Below, piece after piece: positions 9,001-18,631 of a stretch of 52,734 nucleotides of DNA. The notes under the pieces were generated by a model. It was not told the origin of the DNA and did not search any database. It saw only the letters and a list, made by a program, of their open reading frames with translations. Numbering within the stretch: position 1 is the first letter of the stretch; each line of letters opens with the position of its first letter. A program made the position numbers and the translations under genes. Source of the stretch: Candidatus Hydrogenedentota bacterium (GTDB taxonomy: Bacteria > Hydrogenedentota > Hydrogenedentia > Hydrogenedentales > SLHB01); NCBI GenBank assembly GCA_045863295.1, contig BTWA01000043.1:1-52734 (forward strand), given 5' to 3'.

Positions 9001-11199
9001 ATGTTAATCCTAGTTGTCGCAATCAGTCTGGGCGGACTTGCCTTGGCCGCCTATCTGGCCGGGTGGGTGCTGAAGAGAGATACCGGCACGCCCGAAATGC
9101 GCGTCATCGCCAACGCAATCCAGGAAGGCGCACAGGCCTTTCTGTCCCGTCAGAATATCACCATAGCGATCCTGTCAGTCGCCGTGTCGATTTTCATCTA
9201 CGTGGTCTATGCGTTCCAGGTAAAGGACTCCGAGATGGCCGTAACCACGTCACTCGGATTCTTGACTGGGGCGTTGTGCTCGGGTCTGGCGGGCTACATC
9301 GGTATGTTCGTTTCCGTGCGCGCCAACATTCGAACCGCAAGTGCCGCTCGTAGCTCTATGAACGGCGCACTGCAAACCGCGCTCCGCGGCGGAGCCGTAT
9401 CGGGCCTCATGGTCGTGGCCATGAGCCTTTTGGGCGTCGGTGGATTCTTCGGCATCCTGGCCTCCATGAAAGGCTATTCATCCGTCTGGTTCGCGTTTTC
9501 GAGCCAGGCATTCGAATCGCCGGAAGCCGTGGCCGTAATGAAGCACATCCCGTTTCTGATTGTCGGATACGGTTTCGGCGCATCGTTTGTGGCGCTGTTC
9601 GCCCAGCTTGGCGGCGGAATCTACACCAAGGCGGCCGATGTGGGCGCGGACCTTGTAGGCAAAGTTGAAGCGGGCATACCGGAAGACGACCCGCGCAATC
9701 CCGCCGTGATCGCGGACCTTGTAGGCGACAATGTTGGCGATTGCGCAGGCCGCGGCGCGGATCTCTTCGAATCCACAGCCGCCGAAAACATCGGCGCCAT
9801 GATTCTCGCGCTGGCGCTCTGGCCGGTATTCGGATTCAAAGGCCTGATGTTCCCGCTCGTAGCGCGCGCATTCGGACTAATCGCGTCCGCCGTAGGCATT
9901 ATGAGCGTGAAATGCAAAGAAGACGAAGACCCAATGAAAGCCCTGAATCGCGGATACTACATTACCGTCGTGTTGGCGCTGATCGGATTTGCCGGCACCG
10001 TCTGGTGGCTGCTCCGCGACCCCCAAGGCAACGTGTACTGGGAATTCCTGTGGTGCGGCATCATAGGCGTCGGCAATTCCATTGCCTTCCTGTACATTAC
10101 TCAGTATTACACGGAATACAAATACCGCCCGGTCAAGGAAATCGCGAATGCATCCATCACCGGACCGGCAACCAACATCATTTCCGGTATGGCCGTCGCG
10201 CTGGAATGCACGGCACTCCCGGTTCTCGCCATCTGCCTATCCATCTTCATCTCGCACTATCTGGGTGAACATGCGCTGCCGGATGTCGAGGGCGCCGGAC
10301 TCTACGGAACGGCCGTAGCCACCATGGGCATGCTTTCCACATGCGCCTACATCCTGGCAATGGATACCTTCGGGCCCATTACCGACAACGCAGGCGGTAT
10401 CGTGGAAATGAGCGACCAGCCCAAAGCCGTTCGCGACACCACGGACAGGCTTGATTCGGTTGGCAACACGACCAAAGCGCTCACCAAGGGGTACGCCATC
10501 GGTTCAGCTGCACTCGCCGCCTTCCTGCTCTTCTCGGCTTACCTGGACGAAGTGGCTAACGTGATGATCAAGAATCTCGGCGCAAATGCCACCCAGGCCG
10601 ACATTGACAGTGTGTGGGAATTGGCGCACCGAGTTGATCTGGCTCAACCAGACGTCTTTATTGGCGGATTGATCGGCGCCATGATGGTGTTCCTCTTCTC
10701 GGCCCTCGCGATTCGCGCCGTATCAAAAGCCGCGCAGTCCATCATCACGGAAGTCCGGCGCCAGTTTAAGGAGAAGCCCGGCATTATGCAGGGTACCGAG
10801 AAGCCCGATTACGCGCGTTGCGTGGACATCGTGACCATTGGCGCCTTGAAAGCGATGGTGTGGCCAGGCGCGGTGGTCGTGCTTACGCCGATTATCGTGG
10901 GACTCCTGTTCAAGCCCATGGGCAACGGACCGCAAGTCGTAGGAGGCTTGCTCATGGTCGGCACCATCGCCGGCATCCTTATGGCAATCATGCTGAACAA
11001 CGGCGGCGGCGCATGGGACAACGCCAAGAAATACATCGAAACGGGTGTGCACGGCGGCAAGGGCTCCGAAGCGCATAAAGCATCCGTCGTGGGAGACACG
11101 GTCGGCGATCCATTCAAGGATACCGCCGGTCCATCGATTCACGTGTTGATCAAGCTGTTAGCCACGATTACGCTGGTGTTGATTCCTCTGTTCATGTAA
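9001..11199 (+). CDS. hppA: membrane-bound pyrophosphatase, K+-independent H+-pumping type
   Basis: GGGIYTKAADVGADLVGKVEAGIPEDDPRN, DLVGDNVGD, GGAWDNAKK and GDTVGDPFKDT. GNTTKA has Lys at the K+-dependence position. Confidence 0.96.
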   Translation: MLILVVAISLGGLALAAYLAGWVLKRDTGTPEMRVIANAIQEGAQAFLSRQNITIAILSVAVSIFIYVVYAFQVKDSEMAVTTSLGFLTGALCSGLAGYIGMFVSVRANIRTASAARSSMNGALQTALRGGAVSGLMVVAMSLLGVGGFFGILASMKGYSSVWFAFSSQAFESPEAVAVMKHIPFLIVGYGFGASFVALFAQLGGGIYTKAADVGADLVGKVEAGIPEDDPRNPAVIADLVGDNVGDCAGRGADLFESTAAENIGAMILALALWPVFGFKGLMFPLVARAFGLIASAVGIMSVKCKEDEDPMKALNRGYYITVVLALIGFAGTVWWLLRDPQGNVYWEFLWCGIIGVGNSIAFLYITQYYTEYKYRPVKEIANASITGPATNIISGMAVALECTALPVLAICLSIFISHYLGEHALPDVEGAGLYGTAVATMGMLSTCAYILAMDTFGPITDNAGGIVEMSDQPKAVRDTTDRLDSVGNTTKALTKGYAIGSAALAAFLLFSAYLDEVANVMIKNLGANATQADIDSVWELAHRVDLAQPDVFIGGLIGAMMVFLFSALAIRAVSKAAQSIITEVRRQFKEKPGIMQGTEKPDYARCVDIVTIGALKAMVWPGAVVVLTPIIVGLLFKPMGNGPQVVGGLLMVGTIAGILMAIMLNNGGGAWDNAKKYIETGVHGGKGSEAHKASVVGDTVGDPFKDTAGPSIHVLIKLLATITLVLIPLFM

Positions 11200-11221
11200 T
11201 CGCGGCACTACATTCGACATT

Positions 11222-11261
11222 ACCCGCATGGGCCAACGGATGAGCGGCCCATGCGGGTTTT
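11222..11261 (+). terminator. rho-independent terminator after hppA
   Basis: 13-bp stem ACCCGCATGGGCC / GGCCCATGCGGGT followed by TTT. Confidence 0.8.
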
Positions 11262-11352
11262 CTCTGTTTGCCATTATCCGGCTTCCGGCGCTTGCCCATG
11301 CACCAAAGGCCCGGTTACCATGTCCCACCGGGTGTGAGTACTGTGAGGGGCT

Positions 11353-12729
11353 ATGGATTCAATTCTGTTCTTCGTGCCGCTGACCGTCTATGTCGCAATT
11401 GTTGTAGGCGTCACGTTGACGCTGCGAAGCCGGCCAGATGACGCGGAATACTTTTTCGCGGGAAAACGATTGAATTCCGTTCAAGCGCTGCTTTCCGTCG
11501 TTTCTTCCGAAACCTCCGTAGCCACCACCGTGGCCTTTCCGGCAGCTGGGTTGGCGGGAGGCTATACGCTGGTTTGGTTGCTGCTCGGTTATATCGCCGG
11601 GCGAAGCGTCGTGGCGCTCTTCTACCTTCGCAAGCTCTACGAATCCTCGCAGCTCACCATTTACCAAACCATGAGCGGGCAGCATGGCGTGCTCGAATCC
11701 GCCTATCTTGTAGCCAAGTACATTTCGGGCGGGGTGCGATTCTTCATCGGCGCCTATGCATTGCAGCAAATCCTGGGCGGCCATACCGCCGTATGGATAC
11801 TTGTCGTTGCCGCCTGTGTCGCCGCATACAGCCTCACGGGGGGCCTTCGCGCCGTCGTCGCCATGGATCAAGTACAAAGCGTGCTAATCGTCGGCACCGG
11901 CGTGTTCCTATGCGCTTACCTGTACCTGAGATTGCCCGAGAGCGCACTCGCGCCGCCGGCGTTCTACGATCTCGACCCGAGACGTTATACGTTTTCCCCA
12001 ATCCTGTTTCTCGGCGGCCTCGTCTTGTCGATTGGTTCGCACGGCGCCGACCAGGACTTGCTCTTGCGAATCCTTTCAACCAGGTCATTTTCCGCGGCGC
12101 AACGCTCCCTGATACTCTCTGGCATCGGCGCTGCCTTGCTGATTTCATTGTACCTGACCGTGGGCTACCTGCTGCGCTTTTCGGGAATAGAGGACCTGAA
12201 TCCAAAATCACCTCTCGCTGACTACGTGAACCGTGGCGGCATGCCTTTCTTGAGCGGAATCTTTCTTGTGCTGCTGGCCGCGGCCGCCATGTCTTCTCTG
12301 GATTCAACCATTCATTCCACCGGAGCCGTGTGGAAATCGCTCATGAGGTCGAAACGCCCCGGAAGAGTCTGGTCGGCCGTCTCCTTGTGTATCATGGTCG
12401 GCTTCGCGATTACATTCATCCAACTGCAGGAACGTCATGAAGACTTCCTCGCGTTGGCGTTAGGCTCCATGAATTACGTCAATGGGGGGCTTATTGGCGT
12501 CTTCACGGTGTATACGTTTTTTACGGCACGCATGACCGGCACCGGCGTTACTTTGGGACTGCTGGCGGGATTTGCCACAACGACTATTTGCGAATGGGCA
12601 TTTACTCAACCAATTCCCTGGACGTACACCGTCTTACTTTCGTCTTCCGTGTCGTTCCTGGCCACATATGCAGCTGGTTCACTGACTCGGTCAGGACGGA
12701 ACTTCCCGCGGACTGCCGGAATTGACTAG
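11353..12729 (+). CDS. sodium:solute symporter (SSS family)
   Basis: EYFFAG, S.VSSETS, YSLTGGLRAV...DQVQ, GADQD...R.L and AAAMSSLDS, with many TM segments. Confidence 0.88.
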   Translation: MDSILFFVPLTVYVAIVVGVTLTLRSRPDDAEYFFAGKRLNSVQALLSVVSSETSVATTVAFPAAGLAGGYTLVWLLLGYIAGRSVVALFYLRKLYESSQLTIYQTMSGQHGVLESAYLVAKYISGGVRFFIGAYALQQILGGHTAVWILVVAACVAAYSLTGGLRAVVAMDQVQSVLIVGTGVFLCAYLYLRLPESALAPPAFYDLDPRRYTFSPILFLGGLVLSIGSHGADQDLLLRILSTRSFSAAQRSLILSGIGAALLISLYLTVGYLLRFSGIEDLNPKSPLADYVNRGGMPFLSGIFLVLLAAAAMSSLDSTIHSTGAVWKSLMRSKRPGRVWSAVSLCIMVGFAITFIQLQERHEDFLALALGSMNYVNGGLIGVFTVYTFFTARMTGTGVTLGLLAGFATTTICEWAFTQPIPWTYTVLLSSSVSFLATYAAGSLTRSGRNFPRTAGID

Positions 12730-12917
12730 ACGCACGCGCGATACGTACCATGTAGCAGGCTTTCTTTCAGTGGATACCATACTAACCAACCCGGCATTCT
12801 GGCGATTTGAGGATGCCTTTCCCCAAATCGTAGGCGAACTGGCTGCCTTGGATGGGACCGCGGTACCGGTGACGTTCGATCCTGTAAATTAAACCCGTTC
12901 CATTGAGGCGTATCTAT

Positions 12918-14396
12918 ATGGGCAAACCCAAACCAAAGACCGTTCAATCCGCATTTCTGCGACGGCTCAAAACAAACTTTCGCGGATACACGCTACGCGG
13001 CATTCTGATTCTCGTGCCTCTGGGCGTCACATCGTACGTCTTAATACTTTGCTACCGGTTGACCGCGGGGCATCTGGTGCCGTTCCTACGCAAATATACC
13101 GGCGAGATGCCCGAGTATGCAGTGGTTTTGCTATCCATTGTCTTGTTTCTCGGCATGCTCTACTTTATCGGTTCTATTGCCGGATTCGTCATCGGACGCA
13201 GGCTCATTGCAATCGGCGAAGGACTACTGAGAAGAATTCCAATCGTAAAGACGGTGTATGGCGCCTCCCGGCAAGCCGTGGATTCGCTATCCACTCAAGA
13301 TGAGCAAGCTGCCTACCAGGCAGCCGTACTGGCGCCTTTTCCATCCCTCGCCATTCGATCCATTGCATTTATTACAGGAAAGGTGGAGTTGTCAGGGATC
13401 GGTACGTTCTTTCGCACGTTCGTGCCGACAACCCCCAATCCCACAAGCGGATACTTCGTCATGTATCCGCCTGAGATGGTCGAATACACCACGCTAACCA
13501 TGGAAGACGCGGCAAAGGCCATGATTTCCGCCGGCATACTCACCCCGGCTGAATTTGAAGTGGTCTCCGGGCAGAACGGCTCGAAAAGCCAAAGTAATCT
13601 CCAGCGTGCGCCGCAAGCCGCGGCCGTCAAAGCAGTCCAAATTCGACAAAATCGAAAACGGCCATGGTACGTGCGCGATCTGCTCATTGTCCGGAAACGG
13701 CTCATTTCCGGTATGTTGGTCCTGGTGCCCATTGGCGTAACCGCATTCATCGTAAAGTTCATTTACGACCTGACTGCAGGCAGAATGGCCCCCGCCACGC
13801 GATGGATTGCAGGTGCGCTGCAAGAGTTCCTCCGGCAACAAGACGCGGGCCGGCTGGCTCCTATCGCAAAATGGCTCTCGGCCCCCATGCCAGGCTACGT
13901 TACCGCGGCCCTGTCCATCATCCTGCTCATGGTTTTGTTGTATACAACCGGCTACCTCGCAACGGCATACTTTGGAAACCGCCTTGTTAGAATGACGGAA
14001 AATCTCATCGGACGCCTTCCCGTTATCACAAGCGTCTATGGGGCCACAAAGCAGATCCTCGAAACGCTATTTGATTCGTCCGCCGGACCAAAGTTTGAAG
14101 CGCCGGTAATTGTGGACTTCCCCTTCCCCGGCGTAAAAACCATGGGATTCGTGGTGGGTCGCATCCGCAGCAGCACAGGCACAAACTATGTAAAAGTGTT
14201 CGTGCCCACAACACCCAATATTACGGTTGGACTGTTGGAACTCTTCCTGCCGGAGCATGTCATGGCCTGTAACCTGACGCTTGAAGAATCCATCAAAATG
14301 ATTGTCTCAGGTGGGATCGTCGGCCCGGATTCAATCGACACTAGGCCCTATCAAGATGTGCCGGAGATCGCCAAGGAGCCTGAATTTGTCAATTGA
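12918..14396 (+). CDS. membrane protein with two tandem DUF502 (COV1-like) domains
   Basis: Two copies of G.L.LVP.GVT, R.P....VYGA..Q, FVPTTPN.T.G and .SAG/SGG. GAGG RBS before ATG 12918. Confidence 0.85.
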   Translation: MGKPKPKTVQSAFLRRLKTNFRGYTLRGILILVPLGVTSYVLILCYRLTAGHLVPFLRKYTGEMPEYAVVLLSIVLFLGMLYFIGSIAGFVIGRRLIAIGEGLLRRIPIVKTVYGASRQAVDSLSTQDEQAAYQAAVLAPFPSLAIRSIAFITGKVELSGIGTFFRTFVPTTPNPTSGYFVMYPPEMVEYTTLTMEDAAKAMISAGILTPAEFEVVSGQNGSKSQSNLQRAPQAAAVKAVQIRQNRKRPWYVRDLLIVRKRLISGMLVLVPIGVTAFIVKFIYDLTAGRMAPATRWIAGALQEFLRQQDAGRLAPIAKWLSAPMPGYVTAALSIILLMVLLYTTGYLATAYFGNRLVRMTENLIGRLPVITSVYGATKQILETLFDSSAGPKFEAPVIVDFPFPGVKTMGFVVGRIRSSTGTNYVKVFVPTTPNITVGLLELFLPEHVMACNLTLEESIKMIVSGGIVGPDSIDTRPYQDVPEIAKEPEFVN

Positions 14397-14405
14397 CAAT
14401 CGGGA

Positions 14406-15863
14406 CTATTCCTGCGTGAATTGAAACGCAAACAACTTGGCGCGAGTCATCTTCAGGAATAGTCGTACCGGTCGCCCTGCAAGCGCGGATACGTCCGTGC
14501 TGCCCTTCCAGTACACGCTTTGGTCGATGAAATTGCCGCCTATCTCCTCGCAGTCTCCTAATGTAAACCCCGGAATCGGGGCGCCGTCGCCATCACGAAT
14601 CTCCACGTACGCCGTCCCCATTGATCCTGTGTCGATGTTCAAGCGCAGGCGATTGCCACGAAAGAGTATTGGAGGCGTTTCCATCCAGCCCCCGCGATGA
14701 TCCACATCCGCGGAAAAGAAGCCGTCCAGGCGTTGGCGGACCACTCCAATTCCGCCCAAGTCCTCCTCCGCAGGCACAGCGTCATATTCGGAACGGACAA
14801 TAACCGAATCGTGCGTGCGCCCACTCGATCCATAGTATTGATAAATGTAGTTCCCGCGACGGCCCATGCCCGGAGCCATCACCGCATACCATCGGTCCCA
14901 TTCATCCGCCAAACCTGTGGGGAAATATGGTTCCCGGCTCGGCCGTTGCCATTCCACGCCGTCTCGGCTCACCGCCACCTGAACTTCCAGAAGTCCAAAG
15001 TCTTCCCACTGTCCAGGCACGCGAGGACGAATATACGGATTGCGATCGGGTGAAAAGTGCCTGAACTGGGCGGTGAACATGAAATACGCATCTTGCGCCC
15101 ACGGATACAAGGTTGCAGCATTGTAATAGATGTCGGAATACGGGTTGTCTTCGTTGTCAGCCTGCAGAACCACGGGAATGTTGCGCGGACTGGTGAACAT
15201 CGTGTCCCCTTCCGCTTTTGTATGTGGCCACGGCTTAAGTGGATCGTCGGTCTCTATGCGTGCGATTCGACGCTGGTTTTCGGAACCGATCTCCAATGCC
15301 CGTGTAAAGATGACGTACTTCTGAATGCGATCATCCCACATCACAATCGTTGGATTGTCGGTGTAATAAGGCAAAACCCGGCCCACGTCCGTATAATTCA
15401 CCCCATCCGGAGAATAAGCCGCATAGACTCCATGCTTCTCGGGATCAAACGGCGCGGTATACTCGATCCAGAATTTCTTGAAGCGTCTCGATGGATCCGA
15501 ATCATGGTCATCCAGGAAAACTGTCGTGAAAATGCCGCCGGACACCACAACGCCGGTTCGCCTGAATTGAATGCCATCTTCACTTTCGAATTCTTCAACA
15601 CTATCCGCACCCAGGTAAAGGCGTATCTTTCCCTGAAATTCAAATACCCGGCTGACATGACCCAATACGCGTTGCCCATTCTCGTCCTGAATTCGGCCCA
15701 ACTTCTGCGGCTGATTCATTCGTATCGAAACATTTTCGCTTTCACCGATAAACCGGTTGTCGATGAAGATCTGCTTCCTTGTGCCTACGTCAATCTCTCC
15801 GGTTGGATCTGCCCACAATGAAGTACAAACGAAACACAAGACCAGGCACAAGAGGGTACGCAT
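14406..15863 (-). CDS. secreted hypothetical protein, probable beta-propeller glycosidase-like fold
   Basis: Signal peptide MRTLLCLV..., KQIFID, S.DG..W Asp-box-like repeats and C-terminal RLDGF.S / LRLN / LFAFQF. GGAG RBS. Confidence 0.7.
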   Translation of the reverse strand: MRTLLCLVLCFVCTSLWADPTGEIDVGTRKQIFIDNRFIGESENVSIRMNQPQKLGRIQDENGQRVLGHVSRVFEFQGKIRLYLGADSVEEFESEDGIQFRRTGVVVSGGIFTTVFLDDHDSDPSRRFKKFWIEYTAPFDPEKHGVYAAYSPDGVNYTDVGRVLPYYTDNPTIVMWDDRIQKYVIFTRALEIGSENQRRIARIETDDPLKPWPHTKAEGDTMFTSPRNIPVVLQADNEDNPYSDIYYNAATLYPWAQDAYFMFTAQFRHFSPDRNPYIRPRVPGQWEDFGLLEVQVAVSRDGVEWQRPSREPYFPTGLADEWDRWYAVMAPGMGRRGNYIYQYYGSSGRTHDSVIVRSEYDAVPAEEDLGGIGVVRQRLDGFFSADVDHRGGWMETPPILFRGNRLRLNIDTGSMGTAYVEIRDGDGAPIPGFTLGDCEEIGGNFIDQSVYWKGSTDVSALAGRPVRLFLKMTRAKLFAFQFTQE

Positions 15864-15982
15864 GGGATACTCCGGAAAAGTTCGTCGGTGCTCGATGAGC
15901 GGTTCAGACGCATGTATGGACACTATGCCCGCAAAAGTTCCTTTACGCCACTCATGTTGAACTAAGGGTAATCAACAACTCT

Positions 15983-15998
15983 TGGCACAAAGCTTGCA
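15983..15998 (+). promoter_or_regulatory. sigma54 -24/-12 promoter upstream of GSIII
   Basis: TGGCAC-AAAGC-TTGCA has canonical spacing. Sigma54 control is consistent with a nitrogen assimilation gene downstream. Confidence 0.7.
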
Positions 15999-16367
15999 CA
16001 TCCCACAAGGTGCTTGGCATGTAAGTCTAATGTCTGACTGGCAAAGTCTCCCGCCCGACAGTAATTCGGCTTTTCATAAGTATCTATAAAAAAAATACTT
16101 ATGCAATCCGACCCCTCCGGGCAGAAAAGACCGACCAGCCGCTCAAATGGCTACCCAGGCAGGGCACGCCCTCAAAAATCGTGCATTTTTGTAGTTTCTG
16201 AAGGCGTTTTCCAACCAACTTGTAGCTTTTTACTTGGGCTTCAGCTATCGCTTCCAGTCCAAAGGAATTCGGTTGTTGTGCAGTCCATGCCGTAAGAAAC
16301 CTTGAAGAGGTCACACCATGTATCGGCATTGGGTTGCTGGGCCACTAACCAAATAGATGGAAAAGTC

Positions 16368-18542
16368 ATGAGCGGAAATTCAGCACGTCTTCAGGCGATC
16401 TGGCAAATTGTAAGCCAGCCGCCAGCCTCCAGCACCATTCCCTACGCGGAGGTGCCTACCAGTTCGTTGTTCGGAGAGAATGTATTCAGCCTTGCCGTCA
16501 TGCAGCGCCGCTTGCCAAAGGCCGTTTACAAATCGCTCAAGGCTACCATCGAGTCCGGTGCCGCATTGGACCCCAGCACCGCCGACGCGGTGGCCGCTGA
16601 AATGAAATCGTGGGCACTCGAAAAGGGAGCAACCCACTATGCGCACGTATTCTATCCGCTCACTGGGCTGACCGCGGAAAAACACGACTCTTTCTTCAAT
16701 CCCGATGGCCTGGGAGGCACAATTTCCGAGTTTGAAGGAAAGACCCTGATTCAGGGTGAACCTGACGGCTCCTCGTTTCCTTCCGGCGGCATCCGACAAA
16801 CATTTGAAGCGCGGGGCTATACGATTTGGGACGTGACCAGCCCTGCCTACATTCTGGAAAACCCCAACGGAACAACCCTATGCATCCCGACGGCGTTCGT
16901 GTCATGGACCGGAGAAGCCCTGGACAAGAAGACTCCCGTGCTCCGCTCCATGCAGTCGCTCAATACCCAGGCACAGCGGGTGCTGAAGGTCTTCGGTACC
17001 GATGGCGCCTTTGTTTCGAGCACGGCCGGCCCCGAACAGGAGTACTTCCTGGTCGACAAGAATTTCTATTACGCACGGCCCGACTTGCTCAACGCGAGCC
17101 GCACACTCTTCGGTGCGCCGCCCCCCAAGGGACAGGAATTTGAAGATCACTACTTTGGAGCCATACCCGAGCGCGTGCTTGCCTACATGTTCGAGGTCGA
17201 GCGTGAATGCTTCAAACTCGGCATCCCCGTTAAAACACGGCACAACGAAGTTGCCCCCAGCCAATATGAATTGGCCCCTGTATTCGAATACGCCAATCTG
17301 GCGACCGACCATCAGCAATTGATCATGGTCACCCTCAAACGCGTGGCTGAGAAATACGGCATGGTCTGCCTCCTGCACGAGAAGCCGTTTGTCGGTGTCA
17401 ACGGCTCCGGAAAACACTTGAACTATTCCATGGGCTCAGCCGTCGCCGGCAACTTGTTTGACCCCGGTGACACGCCGTCTGAAAACGCACAATTCCTCGT
17501 ATTCTGCATGGCCATGATCCGCGCAACATTTCGCTGGTCGGCTTTGCTTCGCTCGGTCGTCGCGTCCGCATCCAACGACCACCGCCTCGGTGCTAACGAA
17601 GCGCCGCCAGCCATCATCTCGGTTTTCCTCGGAGACGAACTCTCCGAGATCATCGAGTCCATCGCAAAGGGCAAACCGGCAAAGTCCAAGAAGGATGTGC
17701 TCCACGTGGGTGTGGACGTGCTGCCAACCATACCACGTCACTCGGGCGACCGGAACCGCACCAGCCCGATGGCCTTCACTGGCAACCGGTTCGAATTTCG
17801 CGCGGTGGGTTCAAGCCAGTCCATTGCCGGGCCGCTGGTTGTGTTGAATACCATCATGGCCGAATCGTTGGAATACTGTGCCGATTTTCTTGAAAAAGCC
17901 GACACAAGCGCGCCGGAAAAACTCGGTAAAGCAGTGGAAGACTTGGTCAAGGCAATCTACGGCGAGTGCGAAGCCGTCGTATTCAATGGCGACGGTTACT
18001 CCGAAGCCTGGCACAAGGAAGCCGAAAAACGCGGACTCCCCAATCTCAAGACGACTCCCGATGCGCTGCCCGTTATCAAGTCGCCGGAAGTCATCGCGCT
18101 ATTCGAAAAGTACAAAGTGCTTTCGAAACGTGAAACCGAAAGCCGGTACGAAGTTTACGCGGAACAGTATGTGAAGACCATCAAAGTCGAGGCCAATCTG
18201 ATGCTGGAAATGGCCAAGACAATCATCTTCCCTGCGGCAATTCGATACCAGAGTGAGCTGGCAACGAGCTTGGCGAACCTGAAAGCGGTCGGAATCGTTA
18301 CCGACGCCGATACGCTGACCTACATTACAAAGCTGATCGCCGATCTACAGGGCGCCATCAAGTCCCTAGGCGACGTCAAGAAGGGCATGCCCGGTGAAGC
18401 GCATGACGCGTGCGATTACTGTAGAGATGCGGTAATTCCGGCAATGGTGACTCTGCGCGCCATCGTAGACGAACTGGAAGGCATCGTAGCCGATGACCTT
18501 TGGCCGCTGCCAACCTATCAGGAAATCCTGTTCATGAAGTAA
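16368..18542 (+). CDS. glnN: glutamine synthetase type III
   Basis: [83 protein letters not shown] and WPLPTY.E.LF. Confidence 0.95.
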   Translation: MSGNSARLQAIWQIVSQPPASSTIPYAEVPTSSLFGENVFSLAVMQRRLPKAVYKSLKATIESGAALDPSTADAVAAEMKSWALEKGATHYAHVFYPLTGLTAEKHDSFFNPDGLGGTISEFEGKTLIQGEPDGSSFPSGGIRQTFEARGYTIWDVTSPAYILENPNGTTLCIPTAFVSWTGEALDKKTPVLRSMQSLNTQAQRVLKVFGTDGAFVSSTAGPEQEYFLVDKNFYYARPDLLNASRTLFGAPPPKGQEFEDHYFGAIPERVLAYMFEVERECFKLGIPVKTRHNEVAPSQYELAPVFEYANLATDHQQLIMVTLKRVAEKYGMVCLLHEKPFVGVNGSGKHLNYSMGSAVAGNLFDPGDTPSENAQFLVFCMAMIRATFRWSALLRSVVASASNDHRLGANEAPPAIISVFLGDELSEIIESIAKGKPAKSKKDVLHVGVDVLPTIPRHSGDRNRTSPMAFTGNRFEFRAVGSSQSIAGPLVVLNTIMAESLEYCADFLEKADTSAPEKLGKAVEDLVKAIYGECEAVVFNGDGYSEAWHKEAEKRGLPNLKTTPDALPVIKSPEVIALFEKYKVLSKRETESRYEVYAEQYVKTIKVEANLMLEMAKTIIFPAAIRYQSELATSLANLKAVGIVTDADTLTYITKLIADLQGAIKSLGDVKKGMPGEAHDACDYCRDAVIPAMVTLRAIVDELEGIVADDLWPLPTYQEILFMK

Positions 18543-18582
18543 TCCGGACCGCGACTGAGGCGAGAAGGACAGCAATTGGAGC

Positions 18583-18612
18583 GGGGGCTCCCCCCAAGGA
18601 AAGCCCCCTCTT
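18583..18612. terminator. GC hairpin between convergent genes
   Basis: GGGGGCT (18583-18589) pairs with AGCCCCC (18602-18608). Confidence 0.5.
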
Positions 18613-18631
18613 GTAGTCGCCGCAATTGGGT

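Noticed and set aside
16324..16338. CGGCATTGGGTTGCT as a proximal sigma54 promoter for glnN
   Set aside because: GG-GC spacing is one base short of the strict requirement.
16010..16367. known glutamine (glnA) riboswitch in the GSIII leader
   Set aside because: The conserved glnA-motif sequences could not be recognised by eye. A covariance-model search is needed.
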